Assembly: GCF_000181795.1 (NCBI RefSeq)
Contig: NW_003526941.1
Location: 8,544,140-8,608,139, forward strand
Direction: 5' to 3'
From: Trichinella spiralis
Taxonomy: Eukaryota
DNA: 64,000 nt
The stretch's first letter is position 1. Every line of letters starts with the position of its first letter. The notes under the pieces were generated by a model. That model was not told the DNA's origin. It searched no databases and worked only from the letters and a program-made list of their open reading frames with translations. This document shows, piece after piece, positions 24,710 to 38,722 of this stretch. The translations under genes were made by a program, and so were the position numbers.

Positions 24710-27700
24710 TCAAACTTGAACATTCAGTTTGCGAGGCCTTTTTTTCGATGATTTCGCTTTTTTGAACAATTTTCGTTTGCCAATAGTGACGGTTCTTTGT
24801 TCAACATTTTCCAACATGCTCTGTTCGACCGCTTCAATCCGGTACATCTTCAGTTCACTTTCTGACAGCTGAATGCTGAGCTGTCGGTCTGCTTTTTCCT
24901 TCTCTTCTTCGGCATATTCATTCAATTCTTCATCCAAACTACGTTGAAGACCGGCTATTTGTAAATTTGGTTGTTTCTCAATTCCAAACTCACATTCAAC
25001 AGCTGATTCACAGATCTCATTCATACACTGAAAATGTACAAAAAAGAAATGAAAGAAAAATAGATTTATTTTCCATTTGTATTACTTACTTGAATAGATT
25101 TGATGATAATGCGATTGAACAAAGCTAACACCTGTGCCGACTGCAATTTCAATTCTTTCCCCAAATCAGCCACATTTTTCAGCTGTAATCCAAATGCCAA
25201 CAAAATCGCCTTAAAACAATCATCACAATAAAATTGAAATCGAAAGGAAAAAATCCCTTTTTTTAAATCATTATGAAATACTGAAATTGTTGAACTATTA
25301 ATTATATTATTTAATTGAAACAAAACAACGGCCCATTTTTCAATCAATAAATGTTCACTGAAATTAAATATTCAACGACATCAAACAAGTGCATCTCAGT
25401 TAGCTGTTCAATTTTTAAATGATAAATGTCACCGTCACTCACCACTTCGACAGCATTGAGATTGATGTTGAGCTTGCCGAGAAAATACAATTTCCCTATC
25501 GATGGTACAAGATCGACGATCAGATGATGGTCGATCAAATTTCGACTGTACATTTCAATACGTTTCAGGTCGTGATTGGTGAAATAAACGGCCAATTCTT
25601 TTCGATCAAGCGGAGTGGTTTGTGCAGCAGCTTGTGCATTGAACATCTGCAAGTTCGGTTTGGCCAATATTCCTAAAGCCAATGGAGCAGGAAAATGGGA
25701 AAACGGATTGCTCAACAGAGAAATGAACCGTCTCCGAAAATCTGCAAAACATGGACAAAAAAAAGATCAATTGGGATATTTGTCATTTGTTGCCACAGAA
25801 CAGAATAGAACACAGGTGGTAGTGAATAATTTCGCTTTTTACCCGTCCAATAAGCGATCAGCCATGGCTGATCCGTGTTCAACGTTTTCAACATGATGCA
25901 CGAATATTCGCCGGTAAGTTCATTGGCAATTTGTCGAATGTAGACGGGATAAAACTGACTTCTGGCCCAAAATCTTGAAATAAAAATAAAATAATACCTT
26001 TTTCATTCATAAATGATTGATCAAGTGAAACCGTTGCAAAGTTTCTGTCAGACCGTACGAAACTCCAATCCAATCCAAACGTTCCGCACTTCGTTCGTAC
26101 AACCTGGACAACAGAGGGGGCAATTTTTTCCGTTGTGAAACGTGCTCATCCAACAAACCACGTTTTTCATTATTCTAGAACAGAATGTTTCAAAGTTATA
26201 AAAGAGAAACATAAGAGAACCACTAAAACACACATACATGTGATGATATATTGAATTCGATCGGCACAATATCGATGGCACTAGTTGTTGGATCATCAAG
26301 TGCAGGAAACTTGCCCTCGTAGTACCGCTGCAACAGTTGCACCGCACGTAATCCATATCCCATCTGTATAAATGTAACAACAAAGAAAAACAACCATTAA
26401 AAACCATTCACATAAATATCATAAAACTAACTCGTTGATAATCTGGATGTGTCGCAATGCGAACAATTCTAGCGCCACATAGAGAAGGAAAATCTTCATC
26501 TTGAAACTGCAATTTTGCAAGCAGTTGCAATTGTCATAAGGAAAAGTTGAAAGTGAACAGCAAAACCCAAACCTGCTGAACCAAAGTCCACGGAATAAGA
26601 TCGCCCGACGGTCGCTTACCGCTCGTTAAACTAGTGTGCACGCTGGCTTTGCTTAGATCGCCTTCTAGGCATACTTGCACGACGCACAAAATTTCTGGTA
26701 TATTGTTGCTATTTTGGACAAATGGACCAAGAAGAACGAACAAATGATGAGCTGGAGCATCGGACATCATTTGCAAATCATTCGGCGAATTCTACAACAA
26801 TTGCACCAAATGCAACAATCTACAACGCATATAAAAGATCCAGCAATACAGTACTGACTTTGTAATGAGCTGCAACGTATATGGACATCATGCGTTGCAA
26901 AAATAATTCGGATGCTTTGTGGAAACAGAATAGTGTATCACGATTGACATAATACGTAAAATCGGAAAAACGACAAAGTTAAGGAAATGAAATTCATTGG
27001 CGAAATTATTATAGAAAAAAATGAAGAATATTTCAGAGTAAATTAAAAATATAAAGCAGCATTTAAATACCCCGTTTACTGTAAAGTTACATATATAATT
27101 TGAGAAAAGTAAATTATAGATTAATAAAAAGAAAGAAAGGATATAGATCACAGTGTTCAGGAGGTGGACAGCCACCACCTGATACTTTTGGTATTGTAGT
27201 GACGTCCAAGCACAACAGCTGATTCAACCATAGCTCCACATCGTCACCAGGCTTGTATCGAATTGATTCACTGAGTGTAAGTTCACTCAACGTTCTACCT
27301 AAAATTAAAAATCAGAGAAAATCAAAAATCAACACTATTATTATTATTATTATACCTCCGACAGTCTGAAATTTAAAATTTTCGGCTGAAATGTTGCTCG
27401 ATGATTTGGAAAGTGCAGTCAATTTGGAACTTTGTTCACGCAATTCTTGCAACAGTTTCAAAGACAACGATCTGCCAGTTCCTTCATATCTTGAAAAGAA
27501 AAAAATCAATCAATCAAAAAATACATCACAGATTTGCTTGGCCATTTCCAGCAATTGTACCCGTTAACTGTAGACGATATGAACACCAAATACGGTCCAA
27601 GCAACTGCTTAACATGCAACAAAGGAATGGCAGCTGCTTCGTCAATAATAACCAATTCCGCTTGTCCAAGCTTTATAGCGTCAGTAGGATGTATATACTA

Positions 27701-29516
27701 GCACATATGTACCGCAGTGAAGCAAAGCGAAAAAAAAGAAAAAACAACTCTACCACAGCTTGCTTACTTGTATTGTTTGTCGCTGTCCACGTGTGACATT
27801 GATTCGAACAACAGCTTTATTAAATTCTGGATTAATCGACTGCACCACTTCGTAATCGATGTGCTCCTGAAAAAGAATAAAAACAACACCAAATCCAATA
27901 GAAGTAACAAAATTTAAACTTTTAAATATTACCTACCTCAAATTGCAATGCGTCAAAACCTTTGCAAACAAATTGAAAAAATGTTTTCAAATTTTCAGGG
28001 CCAGGAGAAGTTACAAATATATTGGAATATCTAAAATGGAAACAAACAAAAAAGAACAAAAACATATTAAAATTCAATTAGAAAGCAAAAACGAAAAACA
28101 AATACAAGTAGTGTACCCGAATCCGATTGCACCAGCAGCAGCCAAACCAAGCGCCGCAGATTTTCCACGACCCCGGGCAGCCGTGAGGGAAACTGTGTGT
28201 TTAAGGTTGTTTTCCGAAATTACGTCAAAAAGTTTCAAAATCACCTTAGCCTGAATGTAGCAAAACAAAACTATTTAATATTTGAAATAAAAAAAAAGAG
28301 AAACATCTTTCGAATAGAATAGTGATTTTATTTTTGCATACTTGGTCGAGCGTTTTGCACTGCTTTAATAATTTCCCTACGGTCGGAGCATCGCTCATCG
28401 ATTCTATAAGCTGCTTCAATTCCGTTGCATTAGAGGCAACTTTCTGCTGAAAAATAATTCAAAAAAAAAACTTTGAGAAACAAATGATATGCGTCAATTT
28501 CTATTTGAACATGATCATCAAATTCAAATTCAAATACAAATATAAATCAGTTGTCGTCATTCAGTTCGACTTACTTTCGCTTCAGCAGAAGCGGGATCTA
28601 TTGCCGAAACAGCCGACGACAACGGTAAGACATTCAATTCGTCATCAAGCAAGAGGCAAGTTTTGCACGACGCTAATGATAGTAAAAATCTAGAAAATAT
28701 TCACCGTAAAATAAAACTCTCATTGTGGATACAAATTGTGTTCGTATTGTTGAACTGCGCGAAATCGGGTAAAAACAACCAACCGTTCGTTGAATCTAGC
28801 CACCACGTCCTGATGGGCTTCGGTACGATAACGAGAATGAACATCCTAAATCGAAAGATATTCACTGAACAAACAAACAAACAACAAATAATACACATAC
28901 CATCGTCATAGCGTGCAGTTGTCGAATTGAATGCAACGAATGCAACAGAATGACAACAAGGCCGCCGCCTTCGACCGTCTCGATCGTTCGAGCCAACAAA
29001 TTTGGCGTCATTGCTTCGAAATCCTGAACAAAACAAACGTTCAGCAAGATTGTAATTGTAAAACTGCAACAAACACCAACCTGCAGCACACACATGCCGT
29101 ATGTGTTTCCGAGAATTTTGTGCGTTTCCGAATAATAGCAATAGCGAATCTCGGTGGACGAAATGAACAGTTCGAACTGATTTTCTTCATTTATTGAAGC
29201 TTTGCCGGCGCGTAATTTTTTCATAATCAATTTCATTCGTTTCTTCCGATGGCTGCAATTAAATTTACCACCGAACGATGAAAATAAAACTTGCAAATCA
29301 ACACTGTAAAGTCAACCTGGAAAAGCCGAGCTCTTTCTTGTAACACCAAAGTACGCTGGGACGGGCGCGGACGGTGGCTTTGGACAGAAGATGATGCAAA
29401 ATGGCCACTTGTTCGCGTGCCTTCTCGCCAATGACGATCAACAAACTCCGATGGCCCAAATGAATGCCATTTTCAATAAGCACGCGAATACGACTGTCTA
29501 TCTTTCTTCGAATCAT
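24710..29516 (-). CDS. NAT10: RNA cytidine acetyltransferase NAT10/Kre33, multi-exon, copy 2
   Basis: Same exons and motifs as copy 1, with a few substitutions (LTAVSK/LTALSK, TTGKR/TIGKR, KQNVQV/KLNVQV). Confidence 0.97.
26956..27144 (-). other. U12-type AT-AC intron in NAT10 copy 2, 189 bp
   Basis: GAT CT|ATATCCTTTC ... TTCCTTAAC ... TTTTAC|G TAT TAT GTC AAT CGT. Splice signals are identical to copy 1 although the intron body has SNPs. Confidence 0.93.
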
Positions 29517-30492
29517 TTGCTAGAAGTAGATTTGTTTTTTAATTTTAAAGTGACAAACTTTTCAAACCAAAATAAACCAATACAACAATCAGTGGCGAAG
29601 AACTGAAATAAATTCACCAACTCTTACGTGCATCATCGAACAAACAGTTCAATTCTCTTTGTATTCATAAACAAAAGTTAAACAAAACAGACTACAAATT
29701 AATCAAACATAATACATCAAAGAAAATAAAATATTTTTATAAACAACTCGTGAACTACTACTGTTTTTTTTTAATCTTATCCACTCACTGACGATGATGC
29801 ACAATTACACATGCGCAACGCAAAATTCACCCGCTACAGTACTCCTAAAATGAAGTTTACAAAAGTATACTGTAAAAATAAATAACTGAACAATTACGTT
29901 TCTTCAGAAAATAATTCGAAATACTTCAATCAATACAAACCTTTATTGATTTTCAGTGCTTTAAACAATATTTTTAAAAATTGCTTCATCAACGAAAAAA
30001 AATCTAGATCCAGCTAGCTGAATCATCGGCCACAGCAATTTTTCTTAAATGTAGTGCTATTTTTTTTAATCAAATACTTCAACAGATAGAGTTGCATGTG
30101 GCCAGCACAAAATTAGTCACGCTGATCATTTTTCATGGGATAAAACGCAAAATGTTCAATAGGTAAAGCAACTTTTTGTTTGTAAAGCAGAGCAGCAAAT
30201 GGCACTGGTTGAAAAGGTTGAATGGAAGATATACACACATACACAGATACACACACACACACACAGACAGACAGACAGACAGTAAGGCAGCAATTCACTT
30301 CTCTTCAGTGCTACAAAATTGATTATATTACATTTGATTGAACAGAGTATGGCAATCAAAATAGAAAAGTATCAACTGAATCTTTGTGCTAAGAAGAAAA
30401 AATTAGGAAGAAAAAGCAAAATTTTGATAACAAAAAAACTGAAGAAAAAAAACAAGTGGTTGGTTAAAAGAGGGCAAAAATTTTACAAGTGC

Positions 30493-33400
30493 TCACATGG
30501 CATAATTGGGATATGGTCCCTCTCTTTTCAGTTCTTCACCATAAGTCATCAGCAGATCCAATATTACACCGTTGGTCCACCCGAAACCTTCTTGAACAGT
30601 ATATTCGCCTCCGCCGCCGATTCCATAATGACCCTCTACACGGTACTGGAGGAATAGAAATAAATTGAACGATAAAAATGAAGCAGAGCAAATGCAGCAA
30701 AATAAGTACCTTTTCGAACATTTTTCCGGCATACTGGAAAAATACAAACCAAACACCGTCGATCCAATTTTGTGCAACTTTGAAAGCAATCTGCTGAGCA
30801 AAGATGTCACCACTTTTTCGCAGGCCCTCAATGACCATATGATTGTGCGGTGCCCAACCGTTCGGACGATCCCATTGCTCATCTGACGCATGCATACTGG
30901 ACGGTATACCGTAGGGCATGGATGAGATGCCATTTTCCTGAAAATGAAACGAAACAACAAACGAAACTAAATAAATAAATAAATAAATAAATACACTGCT
31001 AGTTACCTCGAGATATTTGGCAATTTGCTGTCCAACTTTCTTCTTGTCGTTCAGTACACAGTCAAAGTACAACGGTGCCAAGTTGGAAGGATAAAAAGTA
31101 GGGGATTTAGCACCTCGACCATCACGTTCGTCCAAATCGATGTCGTACCACATTTTGTCAATTGGATCCCAGAACGCATCGTGCAGATCTTCCTTCATCC
31201 TTTGGTATTTCTTCTGGTGAACTTCAGCCATCGTCTGATCGCCAAGCACGTTGTACAGTCGACTGAGCACCGCCTCACTGCCGCACAGAATTGCTTGCAA
31301 ATCGACAGGCACGATCCGTCTGGTGCGTATTGAGCGGACCGTTTTGTTCAAATCGCCGTCTCGTCGAAACCAACGCGTGCCGAAGTCGATGCCAGATTCA
31401 CAGGCGGACACAATATCCGACCAGATCCGTTTTTTGCCCGCTTCTGAAATATTTGTTAAGAAAAAAATTTACTTTTTTAATAATTGTAAATAAATAAGCA
31501 GCAAATCACAAACCAGTGAATTCAAGAGATGCAGAAGCTAGATCTTCAGTATAGGATTCGGCTCTTGGTAGATCAGTGTCAACTCGATATTGATGCAATT
31601 GCAACGTTTTGCCATTTTCATCCTTGTAGACAAAGCCTCGATTTTTGTACCAAAATTGCAACTCTTTTTCAAGTCTCGGAAGCATGTTCACAAGTACAGC
31701 TTTGTCTTTGGTGGCTTGATAATAATCCCAAACGCTCATAGTTAACAAAGGTGGCTGGGATCGATTTTTGTAATAAATGCGACCACCGTTTGGAACAAAT
31801 CCAAATCTGAAACAATACATACATATATATATATATATATAAATTATATGGAATGAAATTTTCATCACACAAAAAAGAAGAAGAAGAATAAGAAAATTTC
31901 ATCAACTGCTCACTCACTGGTCGATGATTGTTGCAAAATTGAGGATCATATTTCTGGCCGTTTCATACATTTCAGAAGCCAGCAAGCCTTTCAAAATCCA
32001 GTAAGTGTCCCAGTAGTAGAATTCTCGAAACCGTCCACCGGGTATGATGAACGGGTGGGGCACGGAAATGAAGGTGAAACGATTTGGTTCCGTTTTCACT
32101 TGGTCAGTTACCTGAAAATATTGAAATTTCATCAATTCAACCAGATCTAATAAAAAATCTTTCTAATAAAACGAAAGTGAATTGCAAAAGGAAAAAAAAA
32201 GAAGCATCATCCGGTTGAGTAGAGGAGAATAACTGCTCGAGTGGAAAATAAATTTCGAAAAAAAAACCCCTGATGCTCCAACAAAATGAACAATTAATTC
32301 TTATTTATTCTTTTAAAGCTCTAAAATGATGCTATGAAAAAAAAGAATTTAAATATTGAAAAAACCACATATACTTGAATGACAACGAAAACTGTTGAAT
32401 AATTAAACAACTGATGCATACAATTTTTCAATAATTCGAGAAGAAAAAAGCTGCAGCGCGAATTGCATGCAGCATTCTCACTATTACTATTATTGATATT
32501 ATTATTATTATTGTCGTTATTATAGCATTTAAGAGCGTGAAATTTTTGATTTATTTACACTAAACTGACCAGATGTCAGGTTTCTCTTAATAGAACAAGT
32601 CAAACTGAATATAAATTTTGAAAAGAACAGGAAATGTGTTTTGATCAATTATTCAAAATGGCACCCCTTTTTTCCTTGATACACTACTTTTGAAGAAGAA
32701 GCAAGCAAGCGTTTCTATTCGATTTGAAAACAAAGCAGGAAAATAAACGAATAATGATAATTTTTGAAATGAATAAATGAACAAACAAAAAAAAATATGT
32801 TTTCTCAGCAAAATACAGTAAGATTGAATTTATGTTTGCCGAAAGCAATGCAGTTGTTGGGTTGAAATTAATAAAAGCTCCACTGCCAGTTTTTGAAAAC
32901 AAGTATACACCTCAAGTGAAGGGGAAAAACACTGCGCGAAACGTCATTAATATTATTTCACCAAAGCCCTACTGACCTGGACGTGTAAAAATTTTTACCA
33001 TTGAAAATGAAAATAAATACTAATAATACCAATAGAATTTGTGTAATTGACGACGAAGATCTGATAATTTTTTATCAAATACAATTTTCATTTTCATTAC
33101 AAATGTCAACTGTCAAAAACTACACAATATTGATGTAAAATGATGATAACAATTATTAGATGAAGAAAAATGAAATAATAATAATACAAACATGATATGA
33201 TGACAAAATATAAAACCCTTATCACTTGCTGTAGATAAAAATTATAAATTGCAAAAGATGATTAAAGTAAAAAAGTTGAGTGGAAAAAAAAATTAATTTG
33301 TTATTGATATCAATTTTCCCAATGAGAGAAAGGGGGAGGGGATATTGATTTTTGCAACTTATAGTTGATGTTATTTTTTGTTACCGCGTTGTGTTAACTT

Positions 33401-34134
33401 TCGACTATCAGAAATCAATAAATCTCAGGAAATTATTTTTTTCACATAAAAAAAGAACAATAAAATATGAATGCCAAACAAACAAATGAATAAAAATGAA
33501 CATGGAAAACAGCAGACGCGACGACACATGTCGTCGAATCAAGGAGAAGAAGTTTTTACCCCGTTGTCGAAAAGTTCCAAATCAAATGAACGAATGGAGG
33601 CGAATTTCAATATATACGAAAAAATTAAGTGATTTATTCAAATATATCTGAAACTCTTACCTCTCGGCAAAGTTTTTTCCACTTTCCATGTACGAAATAA
33701 GCCCAAAGGCGAAAGTGTTCGTCGGCAATTTTCAAAAACGACTTCGGCCTCGGAACCCAGTCGACCGGCTGGCATTCCTTCAATTCCGAACCAGGAGGGG
33801 AGAAATATTTTTTGATAAACATATCCAACGCTTTCGGATCGGTTTTATTTTCCACCGTTTCAAACGCTTGCAAAACCACATCCGGATCGTACAGCAATGC
33901 CATGTCGACAAAATATTTGCTGTCTTGAAACAGGCGAGATTTCTGAATCACGTCCAGCAACGGTCCGTGACAAAAAATATCGCTAAAAATTAACAAGAAT
34001 AAAAAAAATCTTTTTTTTTCTGAAATGAAATCAACACATTACCAAATATCATTCGTTGGCAATGGATTGGATGCAACATATCCAACAAGAACAACAACAA
34101 CAACACCAACTGTGATGAAATTCATAAATAGCAT
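30493..34134 (-). CDS. TREH: Trehalase (GH37) with predicted signal peptide, copy 2
   Basis: Same exons and signatures as copy 1. Confidence 0.95.
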
Positions 34135-35529
34135 TATTGATTTATAAAAATGATAAAAAAGAACAACGTGGAGTGAAATAAATGATTATAAAAAAAACGA
34201 CAACTTCTTCACTGAAAACTGTGCTGATCAAAACTTCCAATGCCACTGTAGCAGTGGTAGCAGCAGCAGCAGCAGCAGAAGTAGTAGTAATAGCAGTAGT
34301 AGTAGCAGTAGCAGTAGCAGTAGAATCAATATAAACAACAAATGATGGGCAGCAATAAAAGATGCAGGTTGAAGAAAATGAAATGCAGTGATTTTGTGCG
34401 CCCCAATTTAACAGATTGTTGCAACGACAGAAAGTGACACGAGCACGTCGCACCACTGCTCTCAGACACGTGAGAACAAAAGACGCTGCGCCGCCGTTTT
34501 CAACCCTCGTGCAAGCATAATAATATATATTCTAGTCGCATATTCGATAACGGAAACGAAATTAGATATTCAATCCGCCTGCTGGGAAAATTCTGCTCTA
34601 AAAAAATTACACACGTCTGCTCGGTAAATTTCACTCACTACGACACAGATAAGCATTAATAATAATTATGAGATTAACAATTTCATTATATTAGCAGCAA
34701 ACATGACGACAAGACAGGGTCGTGCAAAACTTGCCTCCAAGGCGCACGATTACCTATTACTATGAAAACTTTAATCATACAGATCAACGTCAATTAACCC
34801 ACCCATTCACCAACATTACACACACCACGCGCTATCAACCTTACTTTTAAACTTTATTACATTGGAATGTAGACTAGCTTCATCGACACACAACTCTACG
34901 TCACACTTATGAATATTATCATCAGGTACTCTTTTGCTGCTGGTGTCTCGTATTTTTCAAGCTTCTATTTCCACTTCCACCGCTGAAACAACAACAACAA
35001 AACAAACAAACATTTGTCAACACCGGAACAACATCAACAAGTCTCCTTTCTAAAACATACCGTTCGTATTGATTCAATTTCAGATTAACAAGTTCAATTT
35101 GTAAAAGGATAACATTACAGTAATATCTTTTTTTTTCTACATCTTTGCAATGAATTTCAATTTCAATATCCAACGATGCAGACGTGCGTGATCGAATAAA
35201 AAATACAAAGAAGAAGAAGAACAGATAAGCAGAATGCTAAAAGAAAAATAAGCTGAGAAAAATAAAAAGAATTTTAACGCATAGATAGAACTTGCGTTAT
35301 TTCGAGCATTGCAAGCGCAAAACGACAAAATAGTTTTATTAACAATTAACAACCAAAACAACAATTGGAATAGTAATAATCATTATCAAAAAAAAACAAT
35401 TTATGGCAGATTTCAACCGCATTTCGAGAGCATTTATCACAAAATTGGTAAAATAAATTCAAACATCATCCCCCAAAAAAAGATATTAGAAATAATGAAA
35501 ATTAGCATATTCAATTCAGTGAAAAAAGG

Positions 35530-38217
35530 TTAACTTTGTAATAATTGTTTTTCAATTTTCATACGTAACTCTTCATCTACCTGAGCAAACAGATCCAACA
35601 CGGACGTCATAATCGGTGACGAGATTGGTCTTATGTATTGGGCAATACGCGTCGCCACTTGATCGCGTTCGTTTTCGTCGAATATCTAAATTGAATTTGA
35701 ATTTTTCCATTCAAATTTCAAAAATTCAATTCACACACGTGACACACAAAATTCAATTCAACAACAACACACCGTTCTCCACAGTATGCCCGGCTGCCAA
35801 AAAGGATCCATCGTCTGACATTCATCCGCTGTGAGCAATTTTTTTGAACAAGCGTCGTCGGTCAGAATTCGTCCATTATCGTCAGTGTCGGTCAATTCAA
35901 GTTCCTCCTACAGAACAGCGACCAAGTTGCATGCACATGCATGGAAAAAGTATACGCAGTATATTTTTATATGTCGTACCGTCGTCGAAGCAGCTTTGCA
36001 AACTGGCATGCATCCAATCGTACTGTTGCTACCGGTGAATTCAGTGGAATGATGGACAACTTTGTTCAAGACAACTTTCCCAACAGGAACAAGCGGACTC
36101 AGCTTATGTGGCCACACCTAGGAACGATAGGAGAACAATTTTCATTGAATCAATCAAATTGAAACCAAGAAAAAAAAATCAAAATTCATCTCATCACTTT
36201 GGTCGAATCGAAGGCGTCAAATGGTAGGTAAGCTACTTCGGCTGCAGTGAATATTTGAATATCCACTCGCCAGGTCAGAAAGTTGCCTTTGGCAATTTCG
36301 TCTACAGCTTGCTGCGAGAGATCGTCTATCGACTGACAACTAACATCATTTGTGATCAATTGCGATTTTAGGGGATTTTCATTTGGAACTGCCTCAAAAA
36401 ACATATATATATATAATTAATTTTTAAGAAAATTAATCAACGCCTCATTGGTATACTGTAAAATGAAAACGACAAAATGTGGTTCGATTTTCTTTTTCAT
36501 TTGTCATTCGAAACGACTGTGTACTGTAAGCATTCATGTTGTACAGGCTGTGTGGTATAGCCCGAGAACCGACAGAGAACATGAACGCGTGCATTGCTTC
36601 ACTGTGAGACAACAAATATTGGCAACACAATTCTGCATCCTGAATATGTAAATTAAATTTCAATTAATTTCACTTCATTCATCAATGGAAAAAAGAATGA
36701 ACAAAGAAAAACGAAGTTGTATTCATTTTATCCGCTCTGTGTGGATTTTACCATTAAAAGTTTCACATCAGAGATGAGCAAACAGAAAATGCACAAAATG
36801 CACCTTTCCTTTGTACAAATAGACAGTTTGCTATTCAATTTGTAAAGGTAAAGCATATATTCAGCTGAACAATCAATGCAACTTACATCTGCAGCAAATA
36901 GATTGGTAATATGATGAAAAAAATCATGTTGCATTCAGATATGCTTAATTTTATCAGTCAGAAAGTTATCGTATAAGAAGAAACAATGCTGTTTACAATT
37001 GAATCAGAAACAAAAACATTGAATGTTTACAGTTAGCAAGTAATGGATTGTTCAAATAAATAATACATGTAGTTATCATTGAAGTCTTCTAATGAGAACA
37101 AAATATTCTATTCTATATTAGATATGAAGAAGAAGTTGATTGAATTAATATAACATTATTCAATATAAGCAGCAGATAAATTTTTCATGTAAAAAAAATT
37201 CACTTAAAATCTCATCTATTATACCACTAATTTCTTGTGCAAATATTGAAAAGTGTAAACAAAAAACGTCACACTTGATTCTATAAATGTAAACAACAGT
37301 GTATGGCTGTTCAGCCAGTAATAAGAACAAACTTGAAAATGTAACATTTTTATAAAACTATAGCAGTAATATAAATTTCAATAATATGAATAAACAAAAT
37401 TACTAACTAGTCTCTCACTAAAGATGAAAAGTTGATTTGTAAACAAACTATTGTTGATTTAATTCAAGCATCGGAAATCAAATGCTGCGTTACAAAAGAT
37501 TGTTCAAAACGTCTGTAAGTGAATTTATATTCAAATATTGTTTGAAAAATAAGACAAGTTCACAAAGAAAAATGATTCACCTGAACAAAATGTTTCGTCG
37601 AACGATCATTACTGTTTGATGATACAAGCACGGGCCAGTTTGCCATAGTCAAAATCCAGGGTTGGTTTTCAAGAGAAAATTTAATTTTGAGCCAAATCGG
37701 TCGCGCTGGAACACAATTCATTCCTAAATATTCAGCACTTCCAAAGAATTTCAATAATTCATTATAACAAAGACAACTAACTTACTCGGCTCAGTATCAC
37801 ATAGCAACTCCACCAAAACAGGCACTCGTCGGTCGCACTGACTTAAAAAACTCGCATCTGTATAATACGTGATGTCTGCGGTAGAGCGGAACCAGCCTTC
37901 AAAATGTAGCACAGTCCGGGCATTGTCGGCAGTCATCTTCAATTGTCAGCCGACAAATGCAAATGAGTAGTACAGTAATATGATAGACACTTGAAAATCC
38001 ACACATTACTGTACAAAATTCACTGCAGGCCTATTCACAGAAATGTAAATGTTCTGTCGCGCGTTGAGAATTTCATCAATTGGCACCGCGAGATCACTGA
38101 TTATAAAAAAGAAAGATTATTTATTTCTTTTAACCAAATACATTACAGCGATGCGAACTTTTTTGTACACAGTAACACGAAATGGTTGGTGGGCAATATG
38201 GAAATGTTCAACAACAT
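35530..38217 (-). CDS. Divergent catalase-like protein (~417 aa, 9 exons), catalytic and heme-ligand residues apparently lost
   Basis: Manual GT-AG model: 38217-38147, 38096-38015, 37936-37786, 37723-37581, 36639-36457, 36392-36198, 36117-35980, 35907-35773, 35685-35530, all in phase. Colinear catalase blocks: [147 protein letters not shown]. Exons 1-2 and the GAG acceptor of exon 6 are the least certain parts. Confidence 0.85.
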
Positions 38218-38722
38218 AATTCACTGCTATCAATTTGCTAAGAAAACCTATCGTTGCCGTATCCCGAAGCGAAACCAACAATTACTTAATTACTAGACCA
38301 ATGGAATATAATTCAGTGGGACAGAAAGAAATTGTATTTTTAAAAATAAAAACTGAACGAAAGAAAACTAACAAAGATTAAAGTAAGATTTAAATAAATA
38401 AGCCATTCATAAATGAACAGATGCTGTTGAGGTGATCAGAAATAATAAGAATATACTAAAAGGAAAAATTGAAAAGTGAAAAATAATAGAAAAACTATCT
38501 ATCGATTGAAGAAAAGAAAAGAATAGAAAATCGCTAATTGAAAAGTGAAAAAAAACTAGATATATTATCATACATACAATTAGTAGAACTGACCTATTGG
38601 AGTGAAATCACATGCTGAATCTAATAATAGGAAATTGAAAAAAAAAGGTTCGCTTCCTTTTTCAACGGCAGTCAGCGGTGAACACCATCAAGCTAAAAAG
38701 ACACGATGAAACGACAAAAAAG

